Of a DNA stretch of 64,000 nt, positions 49,466 through 59,398 are shown in pieces; the stretch's first letter is position 1, and every line of letters begins with the position of its first letter. Made by a program: the position numbers and the translations under genes. Origin of the DNA: an uncultured delta proteobacterium (GTDB lineage: Bacteria; Myxococcota; Myxococcia; Myxococcales; Myxococcaceae); NCBI GenBank assembly GCA_963713045.1, contig CAVQKE010000001.1, positions 352,001 through 416,000 on the forward strand. The letters are read 5' to 3'. The notes under the pieces are model-generated. The model saw only the letters and a list, made by a program, of their open reading frames with translations, searched no databases and had not been told where the DNA came from.

Positions 49466-50139
49466 GGGTGAGGGGGCGCCGTGGCGTCCAGCACCTGGGT
49501 ACCCTCCGGGACGTCCAGGACGAAGGTTTCCTTGGTGAGGCCGGTGTTGGTCCGCAAATTGGTGAAGAGAATGGAATTCTCACTGCCGTCTGGGTCGACC
49601 ACCAGCGAACGGCGCACCTGGGCCGTCTTCGGGTCGAGCTCCAGCCGAAGTTCGCGAAAGCGCGCGTCGGCCTTCCTTGGCGTGAGGACCAGCAGGACGC
49701 CTTGGCAGTCGCTGCAGGGCGCCCGGACAATGTTGAATTCGTCCAGCAGCCGCCCCCGCCCCCAGAGGAAAGTGACTGAGCTCGACAGCTGACTGGCAGG
49801 CAGCGCGCCGCGGGTGAGCGTCTGGGCGGCCGGGTCCCACGCATACACCTTTTCCCCGGAGAGGACGAAGGAGCGGGGGGTGGGTGTCAGGTAGTCCCAC
49901 CGCATTTGCGCCGGCTTCTTGAAAGCCACCGTCCCGGTGGACGTCACCGTCCTGCCAAACGTCTTGTAGGCGTAGTCCTGACGGAAGGCGGCGGTGAAGT
50001 CCTCGGTGCGTTCATAAAAGGCCTGCATCCGGTCGACCAGCGCTTTTACCTCCGGCGTGGGCTCGGCCGGCGGCACAGCCGCCCGCCCCCCGTCGGGAGC
50101 GCCGGCCAACAGCAGAAGTGCAAGCGCAAACGGAGCCAT
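49462..50139 (-). CDS. lolA: Outer membrane lipoprotein carrier protein
   Basis: FTAAFRQ, G..AFKKPAQMRWDY, signal peptide; start ATG 50139. Confidence 0.88.
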   Translation of the reverse strand: MAPFALALLLLAGAPDGGRAAVPPAEPTPEVKALVDRMQAFYERTEDFTAAFRQDYAYKTFGRTVTSTGTVAFKKPAQMRWDYLTPTPRSFVLSGEKVYAWDPAAQTLTRGALPASQLSSSVTFLWGRGRLLDEFNIVRAPCSDCQGVLLVLTPRKADARFRELRLELDPKTAQVRRSLVVDPDGSENSILFTNLRTNTGLTKETFVLDVPEGTQVLDATAPPHP

Positions 50140-50244
50140 GTCTTCACACCTGACACGAAAGGGGGCTTCGACGTCCAGCGTCATGTCGCAATTTCGAGCT
50201 TGGCACTGGCGCGCCGGCGCGCGGGACGCTAGGCAAGGCCGGCC

Positions 50245-51138
50245 ATGACTCCACGCTTGCTCCTCCCGCTGTGCTTCGTGCTTCTGGCTGCCCGGCCCGC
50301 CTCCGCCCAGGACTTCTCCAAGGTGACAGTCAAGACCACCGCTGTCGCCGGCGGCGTTTCCATGCTGGCCGGCGAAGGAGGAAACATCGGCGTCCTGGTG
50401 GGCCCAGACGGGGTGCTGTTGGTGGATGATGAGTACGCGCCATTGGTTCCCAAAATTGCTGCCGCCGTGAAGCAGCTGAGCCCAAAGCACATCCGTTTCG
50501 TCGTCAACACCCATTGGCACCGGGACCACGTGGGAGGAAACGAGGCCTTCGGGACGGAGGGCGCGGTCATCGTCGCGCAAGACAATGTCCGCAAGCGGAT
50601 GAGTACCGAGCAATTCAGCGCTTTCATGAAAACAACCATTCCTCCCTCTCCCGCGGTGGCCCTCCCCATCGTCACCTTTGTCGACACCGTCAGCTTCCAC
50701 TTGGACGGCGAGGACGTTGACGTCGTCCACGTCGTCCCAGCCCATACCGATGGGGATTCGGTGGTGTTTTTCAAGAAGGCCAACGTGGTGCACATGGGTG
50801 ACATCCTCTTCGTCGGCATGTACCCCTTCATCGACGTCGGTTCCGGTGGCTCGGTGGACGGCGTGGTCACCGCAGCGGACATGGTGCTGGCCCGGATTGA
50901 CGACAAGACCAAGGTGATTCCGGGCCACGGCCCGCTGGCCACCAAGGCGGTGTTGAAGCAGTACCGCGACATGCTGGCCACCATCCGTGACCGCATCCAG
51001 AAGGCCATTGCGGACGGCAAGACGCTGGACCAGACGGTGGCCTTAAAGCCCACCGCCGAATTCGACGCAGCGTGGGGAGGCGGCTTCTTGAAGCCCGACG
51101 CCTTCGTCGCGCTGATTTACAGCGCACTGAAGCACTAG
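50245..51138 (+). CDS. Secreted MBL-fold metallo-hydrolase
   Basis: Signal peptide; NTHWHRDHVGGN, AHTDGD, MGD, PGHG. Confidence 0.9.
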   Translation: MTPRLLLPLCFVLLAARPASAQDFSKVTVKTTAVAGGVSMLAGEGGNIGVLVGPDGVLLVDDEYAPLVPKIAAAVKQLSPKHIRFVVNTHWHRDHVGGNEAFGTEGAVIVAQDNVRKRMSTEQFSAFMKTTIPPSPAVALPIVTFVDTVSFHLDGEDVDVVHVVPAHTDGDSVVFFKKANVVHMGDILFVGMYPFIDVGSGGSVDGVVTAADMVLARIDDKTKVIPGHGPLATKAVLKQYRDMLATIRDRIQKAIADGKTLDQTVALKPTAEFDAAWGGGFLKPDAFVALIYSALKH

Positions 51139-51156
51139 CCCGCCGCCCCCCCGGGC

Positions 51157-52101
51157 TTAGACGCAGAGAGCGCGCAGGGCGATGCCCTCGTACAGAAGTG
51201 CCGCGGCGAGGTGACTGGTGATGTCCGCGTGGTCCAGCGCTGGGCAGACTTCCACCACGTCCATCCCCACCAGGCGCAGGCCCTTCATCCCGCGCAGGAA
51301 TTGAAGGGCCTCGCGCGAGGTGAGGCCCCCGGCGACTGGCATCGCCGTGCCCGGCGCGAAGGCCGGGTCCACCGCGTCCACGTCAAAGGTGACGTACAGC
51401 GGCCTGTCCCCCACGCCGAGGCGGATGGCGGCCACCAATTCACTGACGCTGCGCCGTTCCAGGGCCTCCATGCCCACCTGGCGCGCGCCGTAGGCCGAAG
51501 CGAATGCGCCTTCCTCGGGGTGGGCCCAGGTAGCGCGCAGCCCCACTTGCCACAGCTGCCCACGCTCGATGAGGTCCTCCGTCAGGGCGTGGCGCAGCGG
51601 CGTGCCGTGGTGGTAGGCGTCGCCCCAGACTTCTGGGCCGCTGGTGTCCAGGTGCGCGTCGACGTGCACCACCGCCAGAGGCCCGTGCTTGGCGGCCACC
51701 GCGCGCAAGCAGGGAAGCGTTAGTGTCTGGTCTCCTCCGACGATGAAGGGGGCAGCGCGTGCCTCCAGCACCTGGGCCACTTCCCGCTGGATGACGGTGC
51801 GCACCAGGGTTGCGTCAAAGGGGGGCAAGGCGACGTTGCCCCCGTCCAGGGTCAGCAGTTTGCGGAAAACGTCGACCTGGTGCGTCGGGTGGTAGGACTG
51901 AACCAGGGCGCTGACGCGGCGAATGGCAGCCGGGGCGTGCCGGGCTCCGGGCTGGTAGGTGGTGCCCCCGTCATAGGGCACGCCCAAGAGGACCGCACCT
52001 GCGCCGGCGTAGGGCTCGGCCGAGTGGAGGTCCGCCTGCGCAAGCCGGAAGAAAGGCATTTGCCCGTGGCGGAGGTACTCGCCGGCGGGCTGCTGGCTCA
52101 C
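51157..52101 (-). CDS. Agmatinase-like ureohydrolase (SpeB family) with altered active site
   Basis: GVPYD..YQPGAR, DAHLD, HHGTP, FDVDAVDP, DVVEV; GGDQ and PGTAMP replace GGDH and PGTGTP; GTGA overlap with upstream gene. Confidence 0.85.
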   Translation of the reverse strand: MSQQPAGEYLRHGQMPFFRLAQADLHSAEPYAGAGAVLLGVPYDGGTTYQPGARHAPAAIRRVSALVQSYHPTHQVDVFRKLLTLDGGNVALPPFDATLVRTVIQREVAQVLEARAAPFIVGGDQTLTLPCLRAVAAKHGPLAVVHVDAHLDTSGPEVWGDAYHHGTPLRHALTEDLIERGQLWQVGLRATWAHPEEGAFASAYGARQVGMEALERRSVSELVAAIRLGVGDRPLYVTFDVDAVDPAFAPGTAMPVAGGLTSREALQFLRGMKGLRLVGMDVVEVCPALDHADITSHLAAALLYEGIALRALCV

Positions 52102-52889
52102 GCGAGCGGCCTTCCCAACAGCACCGCCACTTGGGCGCGCGCCTCGCTGGCGCAGGCCTCGGCGGTGGGGAAGTCGCGCGCTTGAAGCGGCCGGCCGAAG
52201 CGAATGCTGGCCTCGACGTAGCCCCCGCGTCCCCAATGCCGACGGTAGTGGGGGAAGAAGGGCTCGCCGCCCAGCCAGGCGGCGTCCTTGGGCGAAAGCC
52301 GCAGGGCCACTGGCACCACCGGGACGCCCGCCCGCGCGGCGATTCCAAAAATGCCGCGCCGGAAGGAAAGCAAGCCGGTGCCGTCGGTGGTGGTGCCCTC
52401 GGGAAAGTTGAGGACGTGCACCCCAGCCACCAGACGTCGCAGCGCCTGACGCAGCACCGAGGCTTGGTGGTGCACGTTTCCCCGCTGGACGTACAGCGTC
52501 CCCAGCGCGTGGCCACACCAGCCCAAAAGCGGCCAGCTGGCCAGTTCCGACTTGGCAATCGCCGCCATCGGCAGCAGGGCACTCAGCAGCACCGGGTCCC
52601 AGTAGCCGAGGTGGTTGGCCACCAGCACGCTGGGACGCCCAGGCAGCTCCCCGGACAAGACAATTCTCAGGCCATTCAGCTCCGCAATTCGTCCGGCCAG
52701 CCGGTAGCTGGCCAACGCCCGGTGGCTGAAGCGCTCTTCCTCGGTGAGGCCACGCGCCGCCGCCGTCCGCACCGCCGCGGCGACAATGGCGGTGAAGGTG
52801 GCGCCGGTGCGGTGGAGGACTTCCCCCAGGGGCAGCGGGACCAACGGGTCCGCGGCCGCGTCCAGGACTCGCCCGCCGGCGAAATTCAC
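52098..52889 (-). CDS. PlsC/OlsA-like lysolipid acyltransferase
   Basis: NHLGYWD (HxxxxD), AKSELASWPLLGW, FPEGTTTDG. Confidence 0.88.
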   Translation of the reverse strand: MNFAGGRVLDAAADPLVPLPLGEVLHRTGATFTAIVAAAVRTAAARGLTEEERFSHRALASYRLAGRIAELNGLRIVLSGELPGRPSVLVANHLGYWDPVLLSALLPMAAIAKSELASWPLLGWCGHALGTLYVQRGNVHHQASVLRQALRRLVAGVHVLNFPEGTTTDGTGLLSFRRGIFGIAARAGVPVVPVALRLSPKDAAWLGGEPFFPHYRRHWGRGGYVEASIRFGRPLQARDFPTAEACASEARAQVAVLLGRPLA

Positions 52890-53416
52890 GCAGCTCCCCG
52901 AAGCTCGCTGCTGTCTGGACCCAAAAGGCCCAGCCTTTCATAGCGGGCGCGCAGTGCGGCGAAGCCCTCGCGGTCAATGCGAGAGACGATGCGGTCGATG
53001 CCCGGGCCGTAAAAGCCCTGACGGACTTCGGTGTCCGTCGCGCCCAGCGCCTTGTGCAGCGCTCGCGCGGCGACGTTGTTTTCCTCCACCGTAAACCAAC
53101 AGCTGTCCACCCGCGGGACCAGGTGCTGGACCAGGGAGCGCAACAGCTCCACCACCACGCGAGTCCGCTGGTAGGCGGGAAGCACCGCCAGGGTGGTGCA
53201 GTAGGCCTCGCGCCCTTTCAGGAAACAGAGGAGGTAGCCGGCGGGGGTGGTGCCGTCCAGCGCGAGAAAGCAGCTGTCGGCGAAGAAGTCACAGCACAGT
53301 CGGACGTAGTAGGGGCCAAGGAGCGCTTCGCCGCGTTGTCCAAAGACGTCTTCTTCGAGACGTTGAAGCGTGTCAAAATCTTCTGGGCAGAGGGGGCGAA
53401 CGCGATAGCGCGCCAT
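52886..53416 (-). CDS. GNAT N-acyltransferase
   Basis: TLAVLPAYQR, FTVEENNVAARALHKALG; GGAG RBS before ATG 53416. Confidence 0.85.
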   Translation of the reverse strand: MARYRVRPLCPEDFDTLQRLEEDVFGQRGEALLGPYYVRLCCDFFADSCFLALDGTTPAGYLLCFLKGREAYCTTLAVLPAYQRTRVVVELLRSLVQHLVPRVDSCWFTVEENNVAARALHKALGATDTEVRQGFYGPGIDRIVSRIDREGFAALRARYERLGLLGPDSSELRGAA

Positions 53417-53567
53417 GGGTCTCCTTCCGGTTGGCAGGTAGGAGTTTCGAGCGCTTAGGTCACAACGCGATCGCCGCAGCGCGACACGCTGGCGACGTTG
53501 CAGGAACGCTCCTTCGACACCGCGACAGCGTCGTGAAGAGACGCTGACGAAATGGTGAAGCCAGGGG

Positions 53568-54248
53568 TTAGCGCCGGCCCGGCCGCCAGATGCGCCTTCG
53601 CTGCTTGACCGAGAGGGCATGAAAGCGGCGGCGCAGCGCTTCGGCTTCCTCAGGAAGCAAGGCACCCTCCTCCGCTGGCTGTCCCGAACGCCACGTCATG
53701 GCCCGGGCCAGTGTCGCCGCCACCGCCACGGAAACGTTGAGGCTGCGGGTGAAGCCGCGCATCGGAATCCAGAACGTGCCGTCTGCACCCTCTAACGCTT
53801 CGTCGGAAACGCCGGTGCGCTCATTGCCGAAAACCAGGGCCCGCTTGCCCTCGAAGCCGAGGGCCCAGAGGGAGGTGGCCTCGGGGCGCGCGGCGGACAC
53901 CCAAAGTTGGAAACCGCGCGCACGGAGGGCCTCGCCGGCAGCGGCGAAGCTTTCCCAGCGGTGCACGTCGAGCCACTTGTCGCAGCCCTGCGTCACCTTT
54001 TCGTTGGGGACAAAGGGCGCCTCCGGGTGTTGCACCACATGGACTTCCTGCAGCCCAAAGGCCTCACTGGTGCGCAGGACGGCGGCCATGTTGAAGGGGT
54101 CCTCAATTTGGTCGAGCACCACCACCAGGCTGCGGGTGCGCTGGCGCACCACTTCTTCAATCCGCTTCCGCCGCGGGGCCAGCACCAGCGTTTCCGGGAC
54201 GGGCGGTCCGCTGGTGCGCGGTGCAGCGCGCTTCGGGCGCCGCGCCAC
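53568..54248 (-). CDS. TrmH/SpoU family RNA 2'-O-methyltransferase
   Basis: DPFNMAAVLRT, VFGNE.TG, IPMRGFTRSLNVSVA. Confidence 0.92.
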   Translation of the reverse strand: MARRPKRAAPRTSGPPVPETLVLAPRRKRIEEVVRQRTRSLVVVLDQIEDPFNMAAVLRTSEAFGLQEVHVVQHPEAPFVPNEKVTQGCDKWLDVHRWESFAAAGEALRARGFQLWVSAARPEATSLWALGFEGKRALVFGNERTGVSDEALEGADGTFWIPMRGFTRSLNVSVAVAATLARAMTWRSGQPAEEGALLPEEAEALRRRFHALSVKQRRRIWRPGRR

Positions 54249-54250
54249 GC

Positions 54251-55366
54251 TTAGCGTTTCCTCGGGGCGCCCCGGCGTCGCGCCGGACGCTTGCGGGCGG
54301 CCGGCACCGGCCGGGCCGCCCTTTGCCGGCGCGGGCGTGGAGGAGCCTCGACGCTGGGGAGTGCACCTCCGAAGACAATGGTGGCCGCCGCGTCGAGGAG
54401 GGCCGGCACCCCTTCTCCGGTGGCGGCGCTCATCGGAAACACGGGAATCCCTCGGCGGCGCAAGGCCAGGGCGAAGCGCGGAAGGCGCGCTCGCGCTTCG
54501 GGAAGGTCGACCTTGTTGGCCGCCACCAGCTGCGGCTTCTGGGCAAGCGTCGGACTGAAGCGCTGCAGCTCTCGGTTGAGGACGTCCCAGTCACGCAGCG
54601 GCGAGCGCCCTGGGCCCTCGGCCGACAAGTCGACCAGGTGAATCAGGACCCGGCAGCGCTCCACGTGGCGGAGAAACTGATGGCCGAGCCCCACCCCCTC
54701 GGCTGCGCCCTCAATCAGCCCCGGAATGTCCGCCATGACGAAGGACAGCCCGTCCTTGTAGGCCACCATGCCGAGGTTGGGCACCAGCGTGGTGAAGGGG
54801 TAGTCGGCCACCTTGGGACGGGCGCGGGAGACGCGGGCGATGAGGGAACTCTTCCCGGCGTTGGGAAAGCCCACCAGCCCCACGTCCGCCAAAAGCTTCA
54901 ACTCCAGGACCAGGTCCCGCTCCTCGCCCTTGGTGCCTTCCTGCGCAAAGCGCGGGGTTTGGCGGGTGGAGGTGGCGAAATTCATGTTGCCGAGGCCGCC
55001 CCGGCCGCCCCGGGCAGCCACCAACTCTGCGCCCGGCGTGCTGAGGTCGGCCAACAGCTCGCCGGTGGCAGCGTCCTTGACCAGCGTCCCGGCCGGGACG
55101 CGCAGCACCAAATCCTCCGCCGCGCGTCCGTTGCAGTCGCTTCCCATGCCCTGCTGGCCGGAGGCCGCTTGCTGCAGGGGCTGGTAGCGGTAGTCCAGCA
55201 GCGTGGTCAGTTGCGGGTCGGCCAACAGGCGCACCGAGCCGCCGTTGCCCCCGTCCCCTCCCGAGGGGCCGCCATATTCAATGTACTTCTCTCGGCGAAA
55301 GGCGACCGCGCCGTCTCCGCCGTCGCCGGCCTTGACGTGGATGCTGACTTCGTCGACGAACTTCAT
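54251..55366 (-). CDS. obgE: GTPase ObgE/CgtA
   Basis: MKFVDE Obg fold, GFPNAGKS, YPFTT, DIPG, NKVD. Confidence 0.97.
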   Translation of the reverse strand: MKFVDEVSIHVKAGDGGDGAVAFRREKYIEYGGPSGGDGGNGGSVRLLADPQLTTLLDYRYQPLQQAASGQQGMGSDCNGRAAEDLVLRVPAGTLVKDAATGELLADLSTPGAELVAARGGRGGLGNMNFATSTRQTPRFAQEGTKGEERDLVLELKLLADVGLVGFPNAGKSSLIARVSRARPKVADYPFTTLVPNLGMVAYKDGLSFVMADIPGLIEGAAEGVGLGHQFLRHVERCRVLIHLVDLSAEGPGRSPLRDWDVLNRELQRFSPTLAQKPQLVAANKVDLPEARARLPRFALALRRRGIPVFPMSAATGEGVPALLDAAATIVFGGALPSVEAPPRPRRQRAARPVPAARKRPARRRGAPRKR

Positions 55367-55398
55367 CGGGCTCCCGGGCGGCGCCCCAGGTGGCCGGC

Positions 55399-55662
55399 TT
55401 AGGCCTTGGCGACGGGGTCGACCGACACCTTTTTCCGGTCGCGCCCCACCCGCTCGTACTTCACGACGCCGGTGGCGGTGGCATACAGGGTGAAGTCTCG
55501 GCCGAGCCGGACGTTGCGGCCAGGGTGTATGACGGTGCCCAGCTGGCGCACCAGGATGCTACCGGAAGGGACCGTCTCTCCGCCGTACACCTTCACGCCG
55601 CGGTGTTGTCCGGGCGAGTCACGCCCGTTGCGAGAGCTGCCCTGTCCTTTTTTGTGAGCCAT
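55399..55662 (-). CDS. rpmA: 50S ribosomal protein L27
   Basis: [16 protein letters not shown]. Confidence 0.98.
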   Translation of the reverse strand: MAHKKGQGSSRNGRDSPGQHRGVKVYGGETVPSGSILVRQLGTVIHPGRNVRLGRDFTLYATATGVVKYERVGRDRKKVSVDPVAKA

Positions 55663-55677
55663 GGGCCTGCCGTTCCT

Positions 55678-55986
55678 TCAGCCGGTGACTTGGGTGACTT
55701 TCACTTCGGTGAAGGGCTGGCGGTGCCCGCGGCGCCGGGTCCAACCTTCCTTCTCTTTGCGGAAATGCAGCACCCGGGCGTGTTTGTCCTGAGCGGTGAT
55801 GGTGCCCACCACCTTGGCGCCGTCCACCAGTGGCTTGCCAATGCGGGGCGCTGCGTCCCCACCGAGCAGTAGGACTTCTTCGAAGGTGATGGTGGCGCCG
55901 ACGTCTCCGGGCACCTTCTCAATGCGCACCACGTCGCCTGTGGCAACGCGGTACTGCTTTCCGCCCGTCCGGATGACTGCGTACAT
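55678..55986 (-). CDS. rplU: 50S ribosomal protein L21
   Basis: [21 protein letters not shown]. Confidence 0.98.
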   Translation of the reverse strand: MYAVIRTGGKQYRVATGDVVRIEKVPGDVGATITFEEVLLLGGDAAPRIGKPLVDGAKVVGTITAQDKHARVLHFRKEKEGWTRRRGHRQPFTEVKVTQVTG

Positions 55987-56020
55987 ACTCAGGTCAACCC
56001 CGATTCTAAAAGGGCCCAGT

Positions 56021-56049
56021 CGTGTAGTCGGGCCGCTGAGGGATGTCAA
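56021..56049 (-). promoter_or_regulatory. Putative sigma70 promoter of rplU-rpmA-obgE
   Basis: TTGACA-N17-TACACG, about 35 bp upstream of rplU. Confidence 0.5.
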
Positions 56050-56183
56050 GGTCAGCCCCCCAGTGGCCTTGGGCGCGACCGCTGGTGGGCGCGGGGGGCG
56101 CCCAGCCGCCCTTCGGCGGAGGCGCTTTTGTGTCTTCTGCTGACCCTTCGACGGCAGGACCTTCCTTGGCTGTTGCCAGCCCG

Positions 56184-57626
56184 TCAGCCACCGAGCCGTG
56201 TCTTGAGGACGGCATTCACCTGGGCCGGGTTGCCCTTCCCCTTCATTCCCTTCATCACCTGCCCCACCAGGAAGCCCAAGACCTGCTTTTTGCCGGCGCG
56301 GTACTTCGCCACCTCCTCCGGGTTGGCGGCGAGGACGGCGTCCACTGCCGCCTCGACCGCCCCACTGTCCTTCTCCAGCGACAGGCCTCGCTCCTCCACA
56401 ATGGCCCGAGGCGCCTTTCCCGTCCGGAACATCTCGGCGAAAACGTCCTTGCCGGCGTTGGCCGACACCTCCTCGCGGTCCACCAGCTGGAGGAGCTGAG
56501 CAAAGTGCTGGGGCGGAAAGCTGAGGGCGGCCACCCGGGTGCCCTCCTCCTTGAGGAGGCGCTGCAGCTCGCCGGTAAACCAGTGGGCCAGCTTCTTCGA
56601 GCTGCCGCCGTAGCAGGCCTGGACCGCCTCGAAGTAGTCGGCCAGGGCGCGGTCGGCGACGAGAATTTTGGCGTCGTAGGCAGTGAGGCCAAAGTCCGCC
56701 TGAAAGCGCTGCAGCTTCTCCCGGGGCAGCTCCACCAATTCAGTCCGGATGCGCTCCGCCATGCCCTCCGGCACCAGCAGCGGGGGGAGGTCCGGCTCCG
56801 GGAAGTAGCGGTAGTCGTGCGCCTCTTCCTTGCTGCGCATGCTGCGCGTCTCGCCGCGCTGGGGGTCCCAGAGGCGGGTTTCCTGAAGCACTTTGCCGCC
56901 CGACTCGAGGAGGGTCACCTGCCGGCCAATTTCATAGTCAATGGCCTGGCGGACGAAGCGGAAGGAGTTGATGTTTTTCAGCTCGGCACGCGTCCCCAGC
57001 TCGCTGGTCCCCTTGGGCATGACCGACACGTTGGCGTCGCAGCGAAAGCTGCCTTCCTCCAAGTTGCCGTCGTTGACGCCGAGGTAGACCAGGATGTCGC
57101 GCAAGGCCTTCAAGTACTCGGCCGCCTCCTCGGAGCTGCGGAGGTCGGGCTCGCTCACAATCTCGGTCAGCGGGACGCCGGCCCGGTTCAAATCCACCAG
57201 GCTCTCCCCGCCGAGCGGGTCGTGAATGTTTTTCCCCGCGTCCTCCTCGAGGTGAATGCGGCGGATGGCAACCCGCTTTTCCACGCCATTCACGTCGAAC
57301 ACCAGCGCCCCGTGCTCGCACAGGGGCAAGTCGTACTGACTAATTTGGTAACCCTTGGGGAGGTCCGGGTAAAAGTAATTCTTCCTGGCCCAGATGCTGC
57401 GCTCATTGATGCGGCAGCCGAGAGCCACCCCGGCCCGCACCGCGAATTCCACCACCCTGGCATTGAGGACCGGCAGCGAGCCCGGCATCCCGAGGCACAC
57501 CGGACAGGTGTTGGCGTTGGGAGCCGCACCGAAACGCGTCGAGCAGCCACAAAAAATCTTGCTCTCGGTCAACAGCTGCCCGTGCACTTCGAGGCCGATG
57601 ACTGGCTGAAAGTCCGAGATGCCCAT
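56184..57626 (-). CDS. gatB: Asp/Glu-tRNA amidotransferase subunit B
   Basis: [41 protein letters not shown]. Confidence 0.98.
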   Translation of the reverse strand: MGISDFQPVIGLEVHGQLLTESKIFCGCSTRFGAAPNANTCPVCLGMPGSLPVLNARVVEFAVRAGVALGCRINERSIWARKNYFYPDLPKGYQISQYDLPLCEHGALVFDVNGVEKRVAIRRIHLEEDAGKNIHDPLGGESLVDLNRAGVPLTEIVSEPDLRSSEEAAEYLKALRDILVYLGVNDGNLEEGSFRCDANVSVMPKGTSELGTRAELKNINSFRFVRQAIDYEIGRQVTLLESGGKVLQETRLWDPQRGETRSMRSKEEAHDYRYFPEPDLPPLLVPEGMAERIRTELVELPREKLQRFQADFGLTAYDAKILVADRALADYFEAVQACYGGSSKKLAHWFTGELQRLLKEEGTRVAALSFPPQHFAQLLQLVDREEVSANAGKDVFAEMFRTGKAPRAIVEERGLSLEKDSGAVEAAVDAVLAANPEEVAKYRAGKKQVLGFLVGQVMKGMKGKGNPAQVNAVLKTRLGG

Positions 57627-57631
57627 CGCCG

Positions 57632-59098
57632 CTACCCCTCCCCCACGGGCGGCGAGCGCACGAAGTCATGGGCCTCTTCAAAGGCCCGGCCGACCCGCAG
57701 GACGGTGGCTTCGTCGAAGGGCCGACCCAAAATTTGCAGTCCAATGGGGAGTCCCGCGCGGCTGAAGCCGCACGGCAAGCTGAGGCCCGGCAATCCCGCC
57801 AGGTTGCACGGCAGGGTGAAGACGTCGTTGGCGTACATGGCCAGCGGGTCATTCACCTTCTCCCCCAGCTGGAAGGCGGTGGTGGGTGCGGTCGGCGAAA
57901 GGATGGCGTCCACCCGGTTCCACGCCGAGGCGAAGTCCCCTCGGATGAGGGTCCGCACCTTTTGGGCCTTGAGGTAGTAGGCGTCGTAGTAGCCGGCCGA
58001 CAGTGCATAGGTGCCTAGCATGATGCGGCGTTTCACTTCCGGGCCGAAACCACGGCCGCGCGTCTGGGCGTACATCTCCCGAAGGCTTTTGGCCTCCACC
58101 CGGAGTCCGTAGCGGACGCCGTCATAGCGGGCGAGGTTGCTGGAGGCCTCGGCGGGAGCCAACAGGTAGTAGGTGGCCAGCGCGTAGGAAGTGTGGGGCA
58201 GCGAGATGGGCACCAGCGTCGCGCCCAGCTTTTCGTAGGCGCGCGCCGCGGCTTCCACCGCCGTCCGCACCTCGGCGTCGAGGCCTTGCACTTCGAAGTA
58301 TTCGCGCGGCATCCCGAGCCGCAGTCCCGCCACCCCGGCGTCCAGTCGGGCGAGGTAGTCCTCGGCCAGCTGCGGTGAGGAGGTGGAATCCCGGGCGTCG
58401 GGGACCGCCAAGACTTGGAGGAGTGCGGCGGCATCGGCCACGGTGCGCGTCAGGGGGCCGACTTGGTCCAGGCTGCTGGCGAAGGCCACCACGCCGTAGC
58501 GGGAGACGCGTCCATAGGTGGGCTTGAGGCCCACCGTTCCGGTGAGCGCGGCCGGCTGGCGGATGGAGCCTCCGGTGTCGGTGCCCAGGGCTCCAAAGGC
58601 GAGCCGTGCGCTGACCGCCGCGGCGGAGCCGCCCGAGCTGCCACCGGGGGAGCGGCTGGTGTCCCACGGGTTGCGCGAGGGGAAGAAGGCCGAATTCTCG
58701 GTCGAGCTGCCCATGGCAAATTCATCCATGTTGGTTTTGCCGAGGATGGGCAGGCCGGCGGCCTTCAATAGAGTAACGACGGTCGCGTCAAAGGGAGGCC
58801 GAAAGCCCTCGAGGATGCGCGAGCCGGCGGTGGTCGCCAGGCCTTCGGTGCAGAACAAGTCCTTGAGGCCCACTGGCACGCCGTCGAGAAGCCCCGTCGG
58901 CCGCCCGGTCCGACGGCGCGCATCGGACGCCTCGGCTTGGGCCAGGGCGCCGTCCGGGTCCACCGACAGGAAGGCCTTCACCTTGCCGTCCAGCCGGGAA
59001 ATGCGCTGAAGGCAGGCCCGCACCGCCTCGACGGAGGAGGCCTCGCCGGCGGCCAGCCGACGAGAGAGTTCCAGCATGGAAAGGTCCGTCAGCTGCAT
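57632..59098 (-). CDS. gatA: Asp/Glu-tRNA amidotransferase subunit A
   Basis: [32 protein letters not shown] amidase signature. Confidence 0.98.
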   Translation of the reverse strand: MQLTDLSMLELSRRLAAGEASSVEAVRACLQRISRLDGKVKAFLSVDPDGALAQAEASDARRRTGRPTGLLDGVPVGLKDLFCTEGLATTAGSRILEGFRPPFDATVVTLLKAAGLPILGKTNMDEFAMGSSTENSAFFPSRNPWDTSRSPGGSSGGSAAAVSARLAFGALGTDTGGSIRQPAALTGTVGLKPTYGRVSRYGVVAFASSLDQVGPLTRTVADAAALLQVLAVPDARDSTSSPQLAEDYLARLDAGVAGLRLGMPREYFEVQGLDAEVRTAVEAAARAYEKLGATLVPISLPHTSYALATYYLLAPAEASSNLARYDGVRYGLRVEAKSLREMYAQTRGRGFGPEVKRRIMLGTYALSAGYYDAYYLKAQKVRTLIRGDFASAWNRVDAILSPTAPTTAFQLGEKVNDPLAMYANDVFTLPCNLAGLPGLSLPCGFSRAGLPIGLQILGRPFDEATVLRVGRAFEEAHDFVRSPPVGEG

Positions 59099-59104
59099 CG
59101 GCCG

Positions 59105-59392
59105 TCACTCGAGGATGCGCGGCACGGCGAAGCTGGTCCCCACCCGCGCCGGGGCATTGGCCAAGGCCTTCTCCACGCTGAGGGAGGGCTCGACGCGGTC
59201 CTCGCGCCAGCTGCCTGTGGCATGGGCGGCGTGGGAGGTGGGCTCCACGCTGGAGGTGTCGAGTTCGCGCAGCGTCTCCACCGCCTCCAGAATGGCCGAC
59301 AGCTGCTCCTGCATTTTCGCCTCCTCCTCCGGGCTCAAGGCAAGGTGGGCGAGCGTCGCGACGTGACGGACCTGCTCCCGAGTCAATCGCAT
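59105..59392 (-). CDS. gatC: Asp/Glu-tRNA amidotransferase subunit C
   Basis: VRHVATLAHL, VEPTSH, NAP..F.VPRI. Confidence 0.95.
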   Translation of the reverse strand: MRLTREQVRHVATLAHLALSPEEEAKMQEQLSAILEAVETLRELDTSSVEPTSHAAHATGSWREDRVEPSLSVEKALANAPARVGTSFAVPRILE

Positions 59393-59398
59393 GCGGTG

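Noticed and set aside
49462..50928. 488-aa LolA fusion
   Set aside because: The extension is antisense to the MBL gene; signal peptide starts at 50139.
50245..51138. MBL protein as a beta-lactamase resistance gene
   Set aside because: HxHxDH fold only; no B1 Cys ligand (MGD instead) and no mobile context.
51157..52977. 606-aa extended agmatinase
   Set aside because: The N-half is an alternative frame over the acyltransferase; real start is 52101.
53417..53567. Known guanidine riboswitch upstream of the ureohydrolase operon
   Set aside because: Class I and II consensus elements not found by eye.
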